Origin: an uncultured Muribaculaceae bacterium
Lineage (GTDB): Bacteria > Pseudomonadota > Alphaproteobacteria > Rs-D84
Direction: 5' to 3'
Assembly (NCBI GenBank): GCA_965231035.1
Contig: OZ246409.1
Coordinates: 391,101 to 423,100 of the forward strand
DNA: 32,000 nt
The position numbers and the translations under genes are program-made. Shown here piece by piece: positions 1 through 8,538 of the stretch (the first letter of the stretch is position 1; every line of letters starts with the position of its first letter). Under the pieces are notes generated by a model. That model saw only the letters and a list, made by a program, of their open reading frames with translations, was not told the DNA's origin and made no database searches.

Positions 1-2
1 TA

Positions 3-623
3 TTGCCATTAATTATTACTGATGAAACAATTGAACGCATACGTGGCACTTTACCCGAATTACCATCTGCACGTCGTGCACGTTACATTGGCGAACTAGG
101 ATTATCAGAATATGATTCGGCTCGTTTAACCGAAAGCGTAGAAATTTCCAAATGGTTTGAATCTGCCCTGGGGAATAAACCAGAACGTGCCAAGGCAATC
201 GCAAACTGGATGATTTCAGAACTTTTTGCACACCCGGAAAACTTTGTTTTGGACGAATCGGAACAACGTGATGAATCTATGCGGATAATTACCCCTTCAG
301 ATTTGGCAGAATTGGTAGATATGATTTCCGACGGCGATATAAACGGAAAAATGGCCAAAGACATATTTATCAAAATGTTGGATGGCGAATCTGGGTCACC
401 AAAACAAATCGCTGATAAGTTCGGATTAAAACAAATGTCAGATACAAGTGCAATTGTTGCTGCGGTGAATGATGTCATCGCCAAAAATTCATCCCAGGTT
501 GAACAATATAAAGCTGGAAAAATAGGATTAATTGGATTCTTTGTGGGTGCCGTTATGAAGACAACAAATGGTGCCGCAAATCCCGAAACTGTGAATAAAA
601 TTCTGAGAGAGAAGTTAGGCTAA
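3..623 (+). CDS. gatB: Asp/Glu-tRNA(Asn/Gln) amidotransferase subunit B, C-terminal part (5' end lies outside the window)
   Basis: ORF runs to the window edge. The tail (ANWMISELF...ITPSDLAELVDMISDGDINGKMAKDIF...QYKAGKIGLIGFFVGAVMKTTNGAANPETVNKIL) matches the GatB/YqeY C-terminal domain. Confidence 0.85.
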   Translation: MPLIITDETIERIRGTLPELPSARRARYIGELGLSEYDSARLTESVEISKWFESALGNKPERAKAIANWMISELFAHPENFVLDESEQRDESMRIITPSDLAELVDMISDGDINGKMAKDIFIKMLDGESGSPKQIADKFGLKQMSDTSAIVAAVNDVIAKNSSQVEQYKAGKIGLIGFFVGAVMKTTNGAANPETVNKILREKLG

Positions 624-636
624 AAAAGGATAAAAA

Positions 637-936
637 ATGCCAGATATAACCTGTCCTTATACTTTTGATAAAAATCAGCCGGACTTACAAAAGTTTTTCT
701 CGGCTCAGCTTTGTGAAGATTGTGGTAAAGAACCAAATAAAGGCCAAGATTGCTGGAAGGTTCAAAATGCATTGTTAAATGGTAAAACAAGACATTATAA
801 AGAGGCAATTAGAAACAACGGTTGGTATAATAACTATTCTGGTGAAAAAGTCTTTATTGAATTAAAAGAAGCAAAAGAAGCCATAAATAGAATCAAAAAA
901 CTCCTAGAAATTACAGAAAATATACACAAGAAATAA
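637..936 (+). CDS. hypothetical small Cys-containing protein
   Basis: 99-aa ORF starting 14 nt after gatB. Contains CPY...CEDCGKEPNKGQDC, a possible metal-binding cluster. No family recognised. Confidence 0.45.
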   Translation: MPDITCPYTFDKNQPDLQKFFSAQLCEDCGKEPNKGQDCWKVQNALLNGKTRHYKEAIRNNGWYNNYSGEKVFIELKEAKEAINRIKKLLEITENIHKK

Positions 937-937
937 T

Positions 938-1213
938 ATGAACATTTCTGAAATACAAAATTCTGACGTACAACCTGCACTTTCTAGTGTGACTATTTTT
1001 TTGATACTACTTCTTTCTAGCGGGGCTTTTACAATTAAAAAATCCCAGAAAAAACCTTTATATACCAGATTAAACCCAGATTGGGTGTTTTATGGTTTTG
1101 CTAACATCAATAAATTTTACTTAACAGCGCCAGAGTACAAGCAAAATATGGGAAACTGTTATAAATCGCTTAATAAATTTGTACCAAAATTAAAATTTCG
1201 AGAGAGATGTTAA
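938..1213 (+). CDS. hypothetical protein with one predicted TM segment
   Basis: ATG lies 1 nt after the previous stop (TAATATG). Hydrophobic stretch VTIFLILLLSSGAFTI. No family recognised. Confidence 0.4.
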   Translation: MNISEIQNSDVQPALSSVTIFLILLLSSGAFTIKKSQKKPLYTRLNPDWVFYGFANINKFYLTAPEYKQNMGNCYKSLNKFVPKLKFRERC

Positions 1214-1279
1214 AAAAAATTATTAAAAAATTAACTGTGTAAAATCAGTTCTGATAATTAGTTAAAATATGGATATATA

Positions 1280-2089
1280 ATGATTGATAAAAAAAATGAT
1301 TTACAGGCCGAAGGAGAAAATTTCCTTAAATGGGATTTTTTTAAAAACCCTTCTGTTATTTCTGATTTAATAAACCCTGTTCAAAAAACAGTAAAAAAAT
1401 TAATAAAAAAATCAAAAAAAGATCTTAGGATTATCGACCTTGGTACAGGTACAGGAATTATTATAAAAAATATAAAACAAAAAATAGAATCTCAAGAAAA
1501 TAATAAGTTATATAACTTAATTTTTTATGGGGTTGATTGCTTAGATGAGCTTATTAAAAAAAATCAAGAGGAAGCACCTGATATAAAATGGATATGTTCT
1601 GATAATAAAAATTTACCATTTCGTGACCAATCTTTTGATATTGTAGTTATGCGAAACACTCTTCATTATGAAGAAAACTATGAAAATCAAAAAAAAGTTA
1701 TATGTGAAGCATATAGAATATTAAAATATTCCGGATATATTATAGATTTTCAATCTTGTTTCCCTACCCTTTTGGAGACAAACCTGATTCGGAATATATA
1801 TAGTGTACTGCCAAAAGCTATAAAAATGCAGACAATTTCAGAATTTAAAACATTACATAAAACAATCTTCGGTAATGTGAAATTATTATCAAATCCAAAT
1901 TCTAGAAATTTATTAGTTAGTAAAGATTTATTGACTAAAAGATATATGACAAAATTAGAGCAGTTGGAAATTATACGTAACAAGATTTTAGATATTCCAG
2001 AAAAAAATAGGCCAAACTTCCATATTTCTGAAAAAGATTTTTGGTTCACAATCCCGCAAAGAATAGTTAAATGTCAAAAAATAAAATAA
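1280..2089 (+). CDS. class I SAM-dependent methyltransferase
   Basis: Motif I IIDLGTGTGII, then acidic GVDCLDE and post-II VVMRNTLHY. Its stop overlaps the miaB start (TAATG). Confidence 0.7.
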   Translation: MIDKKNDLQAEGENFLKWDFFKNPSVISDLINPVQKTVKKLIKKSKKDLRIIDLGTGTGIIIKNIKQKIESQENNKLYNLIFYGVDCLDELIKKNQEEAPDIKWICSDNKNLPFRDQSFDIVVMRNTLHYEENYENQKKVICEAYRILKYSGYIIDFQSCFPTLLETNLIRNIYSVLPKAIKMQTISEFKTLHKTIFGNVKLLSNPNSRNLLVSKDLLTKRYMTKLEQLEIIRNKILDIPEKNRPNFHISEKDFWFTIPQRIVKCQKIK

Positions 2090-3378
2090 TGAAAAAATTT
2101 TTTATCCAAACTTTTGGCTGCCAAATGAATGTCTATGACGGACAGCGTATCGCAAATATGTTGCAAACAAACGGCTGGCAGAAAATAGATGATATGCCAA
2201 ACGCCGATTTAATTATTTTAAACACCTGCAGTGTTCGTGAAAAGGCATCAAACAAAGTATTCAGTGCATTGGGTCGCATACGCGATTCAAAAAAACCAAA
2301 TGCCATATTTGGAATTGTTGGTTGTGTCGCACGCGAATCGGGTGCGGATGCTTTTCGTCGTATTCCAGATTTAAATTTTGTTTTGGGACCACAGAGTTAT
2401 CATAAATTGCCAGAAATTTTGGAAAATCCGGATTTAAAGCTGCTTAATATTGACCTTGGTGGCTTGGAAAAATTCGATGAATTGCCACAAATGAATAAAT
2501 CCGATGCAGTTGCATATATTCCAATCCAAGAAGGTTGTAACCACTGTTGCACTTATTGCATTGTTCCATACACACGTGGACGCGAACTTTCACGCCCATT
2601 TGACGACATTATGCAAGATGTTGAGATCGCGGCAAACACTGGTGCAATTGAAATTTGCTTTCTGGGACAGAATGTTAATGGCTATAAATTCGAAAATTAC
2701 AGACTTTCGGACCTGATTCGTTTAACAGCAAAGCTAAATTCCATCAAACGAATCAGATTTACATCCAGTTACCCAACAGAAATGACAGAAGATTTGATAA
2801 AATTGTTCGGATCCGAGCCTAAATTACTGCCTTTTTTGAATTTGCCTATACAAAGTGGGTCTTCTGATGTATTGACAAGAATGAATCGTCTATATTCCTT
2901 AAATCTATATATAGATATAGTTAATAAATTAAAAGAAATTCGACCTGATATTCAAGTATCAAGCGATTTTATTGTTGGGTTCCCGGGTGAGACCGATTCG
3001 GATTTTGAACAAACAATGGACATAGTAAAGCGAATCAGATACATAAATTCGTATTCTTTTAAATATTCACCCCGTCCCCATACACTGGCAGCAACAATGC
3101 CGAACCAAGTTCCTGAAAATATAAAACGCGAGCGGCTGAAAATATTGGATGGATATTTGAACGATATTCAACGCGAATTTAACGAATCTTGTATTGGTAA
3201 GACTTTTGAATGCCTGTGCGAAGGCCCAGATAAAAGCGGTAAACATTTGGTATTCCGTACCCCATACATGCAGCAATGCATTGTTGCTAAACCAGATCAT
3301 AATGTTCCTGAACTGGCTGAAATAAAAATTACCGCAGGAAACAAATCTTCTCTGCGTGGGGAATTTGTTAAAAAATAA
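2089..3378 (+). CDS. miaB: tRNA-2-methylthio-N6-dimethylallyladenosine synthase (radical SAM methylthiotransferase)
   Basis: N-terminal UPF0004 motif FIQTFGCQMNVYD, radical-SAM CNHCCTYC (CxxxCxxC) and a C-terminal TRAM-like end. The ORF track begins at 2071, but the ATG at 2089 (MKKFFIQTFGC) overlaps the upstream stop and fits the family N-terminus. Confidence 0.9.
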   Translation: MKKFFIQTFGCQMNVYDGQRIANMLQTNGWQKIDDMPNADLIILNTCSVREKASNKVFSALGRIRDSKKPNAIFGIVGCVARESGADAFRRIPDLNFVLGPQSYHKLPEILENPDLKLLNIDLGGLEKFDELPQMNKSDAVAYIPIQEGCNHCCTYCIVPYTRGRELSRPFDDIMQDVEIAANTGAIEICFLGQNVNGYKFENYRLSDLIRLTAKLNSIKRIRFTSSYPTEMTEDLIKLFGSEPKLLPFLNLPIQSGSSDVLTRMNRLYSLNLYIDIVNKLKEIRPDIQVSSDFIVGFPGETDSDFEQTMDIVKRIRYINSYSFKYSPRPHTLAATMPNQVPENIKRERLKILDGYLNDIQREFNESCIGKTFECLCEGPDKSGKHLVFRTPYMQQCIVAKPDHNVPELAEIKITAGNKSSLRGEFVKK

Positions 3379-4918
3379 AATTTAGTTCGACACTGATTTT
3401 CTGGCTGGTTCTGTATTTATCATGATTCACAGAATAAGATAAGTTTGCACCTGCCATGTCTTCAATGGACCAAAAGTTCACTCTGGCGCCAAAGGTCTGA
3501 ATATTATTTGTCTGTAATATCCCAAATAATTGATAATCATTTTTTATACCCAACATTTCATAACTACGTCCAATCATTCCGCCGCCCCGCCCTGATATTT
3601 TCGAATCGGATTGGTGCAAAACTTTCTGGTAATCCCCACCAATTCCAATAAATGGTGAAAAATAAAAATCTGATAAAAAGTCAAACTTTATGCCCGAATC
3701 AACAGTTCCATAAACCGAAGATCCATTTGGGTTATAAACAACTTTGTCACCATCAAAAATCATATCTGTTCCAAATGAAGCGAAAGTTGCTCCAACGACC
3801 GATTTTAACCACAAATTGTCATTTTTGATATACCCACGAATATTTCCTCCATACAAAAAGCCTGAAAAGTTGTTAATATCGTTATTATTTTCAAACTTAC
3901 CAGCATATACAGACAAAACGAAGTCTTGGTCTGTTATTAATGTTGAAAAAGACATTTTTCCACCGTATAAGCCCAATCCGTCCGAAGAAGAAATGTAAAG
4001 TGCTTCGAAACCATTAGATGCAGAATCATTAAATGTGTTTGGATTATTCGTTTCGAAATTATTAAATGTCTTTATTGGGTCTATTAAATTTATAGGATTA
4101 AATAACACCGACCGTCTCATAAGTTCATAAAGCCCTGCGGTACTGCTCTCTCGGTCCATTGCCTGCACCAAAGAATTATAGTGCGAACTGATTCGTAAAT
4201 TATTAATCATAATTCCACGTGATTTACCTAAAACTTTTTGATAATCGGTTTCGCGGTCAATACTAAGATAAATATTATCATCTTTGCGAATTGTAGTAGC
4301 TGTGTATAAACTTTCTAAACCTTCAACATCAACACTTATAACCCCGCTGCCTGAAACATTGGCAAGCAGTAAACTTCCGTCTGAAGCATATCTATTGTCT
4401 AATTTTAATCTATTTTCACCAATTAATTCTATTTGTGGTGAAACTAAAATGCTTTTATCAAGGTAAATATAAGCATTACTGAGTGTTAACTTACCTGCGC
4501 CGCCTGATATAGACAATATTTCAGAAAACTTAATATTGTCACTGTTATTAATCAGAATTGAATACTTATAATTATTTGTTGATAACTTAGAAATATCAGA
4601 ATTTGATCTTATAACCTGGGTTAAAGTTGAATTATTTCCAACATTTATTTTTCCTGAAATACTTCCACTGTTTTCCAAAACTAAATTACACCCATCGGTT
4701 ATATCAATTTCTCCGTTAATTCTACCCATATTATAAAAGTTCAAGGAATTATTTATATACAGGTTTTTTACATAAATAGAACCATTATTGCCAACAATTG
4801 TATCCTTGAAAATGTTATATTTTACCCCGGTTACTGGGCCATCAATAAAATCCGGCTCTTCTGAAAAGGCCGGCAATATTATGAGTACCATAATTAAAAA
4901 TACAATTATTTTTCTCAT
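3368..4918 (-). CDS. autotransporter-like outer membrane protein
   Basis: Signal peptide MRKIIVFLIMVLIILPAFSE, an N/S/G-rich repetitive passenger, and a C-terminal beta-barrel-like region with alternating aromatic/Gly residues ending in ...VELNFIF (terminal Phe, an OMP signature). Confidence 0.7.
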   Translation of the reverse strand: MRKIIVFLIMVLIILPAFSEEPDFIDGPVTGVKYNIFKDTIVGNNGSIYVKNLYINNSLNFYNMGRINGEIDITDGCNLVLENSGSISGKINVGNNSTLTQVIRSNSDISKLSTNNYKYSILINNSDNIKFSEILSISGGAGKLTLSNAYIYLDKSILVSPQIELIGENRLKLDNRYASDGSLLLANVSGSGVISVDVEGLESLYTATTIRKDDNIYLSIDRETDYQKVLGKSRGIMINNLRISSHYNSLVQAMDRESSTAGLYELMRRSVLFNPINLIDPIKTFNNFETNNPNTFNDSASNGFEALYISSSDGLGLYGGKMSFSTLITDQDFVLSVYAGKFENNNDINNFSGFLYGGNIRGYIKNDNLWLKSVVGATFASFGTDMIFDGDKVVYNPNGSSVYGTVDSGIKFDFLSDFYFSPFIGIGGDYQKVLHQSDSKISGRGGGMIGRSYEMLGIKNDYQLFGILQTNNIQTFGARVNFWSIEDMAGANLSYSVNHDKYRTSQKISVELNFIF

Positions 4919-5026
4919 CTCCGAAAAAATCCTAGCAAATATGACTTTGTTCTTAAAGGATTTTTTTCATAAACTTGAAAAGCTATTAAATAGCTCTACA
5001 ATGTTCAATGAACCAAGGAGATTGAC

Positions 5027-5464
5027 ATGAATATTCTAAAAAAAGTTCATCAAACATTTTCCACCAAGAAAGATATAGATATTGTTATATCTTATATCAA
5101 AGCTTCCTTAAAATTCAATTTAGACTGTGCTAGGTTCCAGCAAGCAACAAAAATGGAAATCCATTCTGATGACAAATTGCTAAACCAGTCAGAACAACTT
5201 ATAAATTTGGTGATAAAAGATATAGAAGAAATCAAGAAATTCACCAACGCAGCAAAAGAAAGTTTAAAGAAAACAAAAAATTCTGGTTCCGAACTTTCCC
5301 CTGACGAAATTTTTACAATAGATATGTCAGCAATCAGGGATATTAAAAAAGTAGGTTTAACAAGAAAACTTAGCGATGACGAAAGAAAGTTGATTAAAAG
5401 TGCCACAAATAGATTTAACCAGGTTTATGCTGAACAAATAAAAGGTCTGAAATCCAAGGACTAA
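5027..5464 (+). CDS. hypothetical coiled-coil-rich protein
   Basis: 145-aa ORF preceded by a strong SD (AAGGAGATTGACATG). No family recognised. Confidence 0.5.
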   Translation: MNILKKVHQTFSTKKDIDIVISYIKASLKFNLDCARFQQATKMEIHSDDKLLNQSEQLINLVIKDIEEIKKFTNAAKESLKKTKNSGSELSPDEIFTIDMSAIRDIKKVGLTRKLSDDERKLIKSATNRFNQVYAEQIKGLKSKD

Positions 5465-5556
5465 AAAACATAACACCCGGAATAATAAGCAAAAAAGCTT
5501 GCTTTTGTTAGATAAATATATATAATCAGCAGGTCTTTTTAGTTATATTATGACCC

Positions 5557-5632
5557 GGGTGCGTAGCTCAGTTGGTAGAGCAACTGACTCTTAATCAGTG
5601 GGTCTGGGGTTCGAATCCCCACGCGCCCACCA
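5557..5632 (+). tRNA. tRNA-Lys (anticodon CTT), CCA encoded
   Basis: Hand-folded cloverleaf: acceptor GGGTGCG/CGCGCCC (one T-G pair), D arm GCTC-AGTTGGTA-GAGC, anticodon arm ACTGA-CTCTTAA-TCAGT, variable GGGTC, T arm TGGGG-TTCGAAT-CCCCA, discriminator A, then CCA. Confidence 0.9.
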
Positions 5633-5637
5633 GTGGT

Positions 5638-5659
5638 TTAAGTAATTGAAATTACTTAA
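5638..5659. repeat. perfect 10-bp inverted repeat with 2-nt spacer (TTAAGTAATT GA AATTACTTAA) 6 nt after the tRNA
   Basis: Read directly; the arms are exact reverse complements. Confidence 0.8.
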
Positions 5660-5675
5660 TAATTTAGTTAAATTT

Positions 5676-5702
5676 ATCCCGCAAAACTGCGGGATTTTTT
5701 AT
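5676..5702 (+). terminator. rho-independent terminator downstream of tRNA-Lys
   Basis: ATCCCGC-AAAACT-GCGGGAT hairpin (7-bp stem) followed by TTTTTTATT. Confidence 0.75.
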
Positions 5703-5825
5703 TGATTTTGACTATGGTATGGATACGTATCAAGTAAATATACCAGATATATCCCCAAATCTATCCACTGCCCATATTCTGATAGTCACACTTGGTAATA
5801 TTATTTATAAATAATATAAAGATTA

Positions 5826-6374
5826 TTAATTATTAACAAATTCAGATTTTAATTTTGAGAATACCATTGTATCTCCAATTCTTCCATCTGGATAGGGAAA
5901 GTCCTGTCTTAAAATACCATCAAGGTTATAACCCAATCTTTTAGGTATATTTTGACTGCTTATATTGTTCGTGTCACAATGGATTTCAATTTTGTTCCAA
6001 CCATCAATTTCGAACACTGCTTTTTCTAAAATTTTCACAGCATTTGTCATTATACCATTACCGCCAAACTTTTTATCCAACCAGTATCCAATCTCAACTT
6101 TTCTTTTACTTTCTTCTCGTTTTACAAAGCCTATTGATCCTATAACTTTATTATCTTTAAATATTAAGTATGTCCACTCTTTGTTATAAACGTGTGATAG
6201 ACCATCATATTCATCTGTTACAGAATTTGTTCTTGCAACCCAAGGTAGCCAATATCCAAGATATTCACGATTTCTTTCTACAATTTCAAAAACTTCTTTT
6301 GCAAGTTCAAAAGTTGGTTTAATACGACGTAATTCTATACCGTATTCATCTAATGTTTCTGGGAAATCTTTCAT
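5826..6374 (-). CDS. GNAT family N-acetyltransferase (RimJ/RimL-like)
   Basis: Acetyl-CoA motif A region KKFGGNGIMTNAVKILEKAVF, plus the family-typical IEIHCDTNNISSQNIPKRLGY and GILRQD. The ORF track starts at a TTG (6395); the ATG at 6374 has AAGGT 7 nt upstream. Lies 32 nt downstream of the recombinase gene on the same strand. Confidence 0.75.
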   Translation of the reverse strand: MKDFPETLDEYGIELRRIKPTFELAKEVFEIVERNREYLGYWLPWVARTNSVTDEYDGLSHVYNKEWTYLIFKDNKVIGSIGFVKREESKRKVEIGYWLDKKFGGNGIMTNAVKILEKAVFEIDGWNKIEIHCDTNNISSQNIPKRLGYNLDGILRQDFPYPDGRIGDTMVFSKLKSEFVNN

Positions 6375-6406
6375 AGTTTTACCTTTTTGTATCAAGTATA
6401 AAACTA

Positions 6407-8032
6407 TTATTTATAAAATTCAATCTCTTGCTCACTGAACTTTTCGTACTTACTTGCTATATCAAACAATGTTTGCAGGTTTATGGTGGCTGGTGCGTTG
6501 CCAGACATAATCGTGTTTATAATCTTTGGTGACATATAACAAAGATTTAAATACTTATAAACCGTTCGATGGTCGCGACCCATTTTGGTGGCAAGTTTTC
6601 GGACGGACATTCCATTCTCAATTTCACGTTTATACTTCCAGGCGTATGCCAATGCTCGTACCAGTGTGTTATTATTTTCTGATTTGGTCATTATTAATTT
6701 TTCACCACATTGGTGTTTATAGATAATTGAACTGGTACTGGCGATACTTATTTCTGTTTCAATCACAATATATTTTTCATCATCTGTTAAATAGCAATTT
6801 TCCATTTGATTATTAAATGCATTCATATAATTTTTATCTGTAAATATATCCAAATACTTCAAATCATCAGAGTTTATAAAAATCGTGATTTTATGGTCTT
6901 GATAAATAATCTTATCAATCATTGGGTTTATAATTGCCTCCGTATATTTAATCTGCTTAAACATCAGACGCTTTTCAGATGGCAGAAAGTTCATATCAGA
7001 ATCTAAAAACTGCCGCACAGTGTCAGATACTATTTTATCAATATGTCCCATTGGAATAGAATGCTTGCCAGCGCGATAATATTTGTATTGTTTTATACCT
7101 TTACGCCCAGATGAATTCTTGAACACCGTACCCGAAGTTGTTTGTATTTTATTATTTAATAAAGATGGTGCTCTTTTACAAACTGCATCACCACGATTAT
7201 TATTATTTTTTAATTTTTCTTGAACATTATTAAATAATTCTATATCAAGTATTTCAGGATGTTCGCCTTCAAAAATATCACCACTGGATTTATTTGGTAA
7301 TTTACCAAGAAATATAGGATTGGTCAGAAACCTTTGTAAAATTGATACGCCCATAATGTTGCCACCAATAGTTTTTCCTTTTTCTGTAATCCATTTTTTA
7401 CCATAAATCCCTTGTTCAATTAAACGTAATCTGCAATCAGACAAAGATGATGATTCCAGATAGGTTTCAAATATTTTCCGCACTATTGGAATCTCTGACT
7501 CATTCGGTACCAGCTTGTGAAACTTTATATCGTACCCCATTGGTGGCTTACCACCGACCCACATCCCCTTGGACTTGGTTGCGCGTATTTTATCGCGTAT
7601 ACGTTCGCCAGCAACCTCACGTTCAAACTCTGCAAACGACAGTAACATATTCAGCGTTAATTTACCCATGGCGCTATTGGTGTCAAAACTTTGTGTGATA
7701 CTGACAAGATTACAATTATGTTTATCAAACTCTTTCATCATACTTTTAAAGTCAAAAATACTGCGCGACAATCGGTCAATTTTATAAACCAGAACGCAGT
7801 CAATTCTGCCACTACGAATATCAGTCAGCATTTCTTGTAAAGCGGGTCGCACCATTGTTCCACCAGAAATCGCGGCATCACTGTAAGTTTTAATATATTC
7901 CCAACCTTGGAACGTCTGGGACATAATGTATGCCTTAGCGGCTTGTTCCTGGTTGTCCAATGAATTAAATTCCTGATCCAGGCCATGCTCGCTGGACTTA
8001 CGCACATAAATTGCACATCTTACATTTGCCAT
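6407..8032 (-). CDS. large serine recombinase (resolvase/invertase catalytic domain plus recombinase domain plus long C-terminal extension)
   Basis: N-terminus VRCAIYVRKSS (catalytic Ser region), VLVYKIDRLSRS, EFEREVAGERIRD, then GGKPPMGYD of the recombinase domain; about 540 aa total. The ATG at 8032 (MANVRCAIY) has AAGGA 6 nt upstream; an alternative upstream ATG is at 8056. Confidence 0.85.
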   Translation of the reverse strand: MANVRCAIYVRKSSEHGLDQEFNSLDNQEQAAKAYIMSQTFQGWEYIKTYSDAAISGGTMVRPALQEMLTDIRSGRIDCVLVYKIDRLSRSIFDFKSMMKEFDKHNCNLVSITQSFDTNSAMGKLTLNMLLSFAEFEREVAGERIRDKIRATKSKGMWVGGKPPMGYDIKFHKLVPNESEIPIVRKIFETYLESSSLSDCRLRLIEQGIYGKKWITEKGKTIGGNIMGVSILQRFLTNPIFLGKLPNKSSGDIFEGEHPEILDIELFNNVQEKLKNNNNRGDAVCKRAPSLLNNKIQTTSGTVFKNSSGRKGIKQYKYYRAGKHSIPMGHIDKIVSDTVRQFLDSDMNFLPSEKRLMFKQIKYTEAIINPMIDKIIYQDHKITIFINSDDLKYLDIFTDKNYMNAFNNQMENCYLTDDEKYIVIETEISIASTSSIIYKHQCGEKLIMTKSENNNTLVRALAYAWKYKREIENGMSVRKLATKMGRDHRTVYKYLNLCYMSPKIINTIMSGNAPATINLQTLFDIASKYEKFSEQEIEFYK

Positions 8033-8147
8033 ATTTATCCTTTTGATTATGCCCATTTACGCTCTGTTGGGACGCGAAGTCAAGTCGTTAAAACACTTGA
8101 TTTATAAGGTTTTGTAAGCATTAGTATGTATGTAAAAGAGGCAAGAT

Positions 8148-8471
8148 ATGGATAAAAAGCAACAGCAATATATGGCACAATGTAAAGTTACAGGTTATAA
8201 GATAGAACAAAAGCATTTAAGTAAATTGAATAAGTATTTAAAAGACCCAGATGGTTGTATCGAGCGTTCAATTAAAACAAAATATTATATAAAACCAGGC
8301 ACAAGAATTACGAAAAAATACAAAGGAAAAGAATACATTGTGACAGTGATTTCAGAAAACAAATTTATGTATAAAATGGATACTTTTGAAACACTATCAG
8401 CAGTAGCTGTCGCAATAACCGGCCATAAAGTTTCCGGTTATGAATTCTTTGGTTTTTATAATAAGCATTAA
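8148..8471 (+). CDS. DUF2924-like small protein (common partner of large serine recombinases)
   Basis: C-terminal pattern GTRITKKYKGKEYIVTVISENKFMY...FETLSAVAVAITGHKVSGYEFFGF resembles the DUF2924 signature (GT.l.R.wkG..h.V.v...gf.y.g..y.SLSaiA..ITGt.wsG..FFGl). Divergent from the recombinase gene. Confidence 0.55.
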   Translation: MDKKQQQYMAQCKVTGYKIEQKHLSKLNKYLKDPDGCIERSIKTKYYIKPGTRITKKYKGKEYIVTVISENKFMYKMDTFETLSAVAVAITGHKVSGYEFFGFYNKH

Positions 8472-8486
8472 AGTAGCTGAAACATA

Positions 8487-8515
8487 TTGAATTTATAAAT
8501 ATTTTAAAGTAAAAT
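8487..8515 (+). promoter_or_regulatory. candidate sigma70-type promoter for the Hsp70 operon
   Basis: TTGAAT, 17 nt, then TAAAAT, about 24 nt upstream of the 8539 start codon. AT-rich background makes chance matches likely. Confidence 0.3.
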
Positions 8516-8538
8516 GTGCCAAGAAATAAGGATGTTTT

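Noticed and set aside
2071-2088. Upstream extension of miaB (MSKNKI...) given by the ORF track
   Set aside because: It overlaps the methyltransferase gene by 19 nt. The ATG at 2089 overlaps the upstream stop (TAATG) and gives the family-typical N-terminus MKKFFIQTFGCQMN.
5826-6395. GNAT as the toxin of a GNAT/RHH-type toxin-antitoxin pair
   Set aside because: No small antitoxin-like ORF lies adjacent. The sequence pattern fits RimJ/RimL-type acetyltransferases better than TacT/AtaT-like toxins. It is kept only as a low-interest note.
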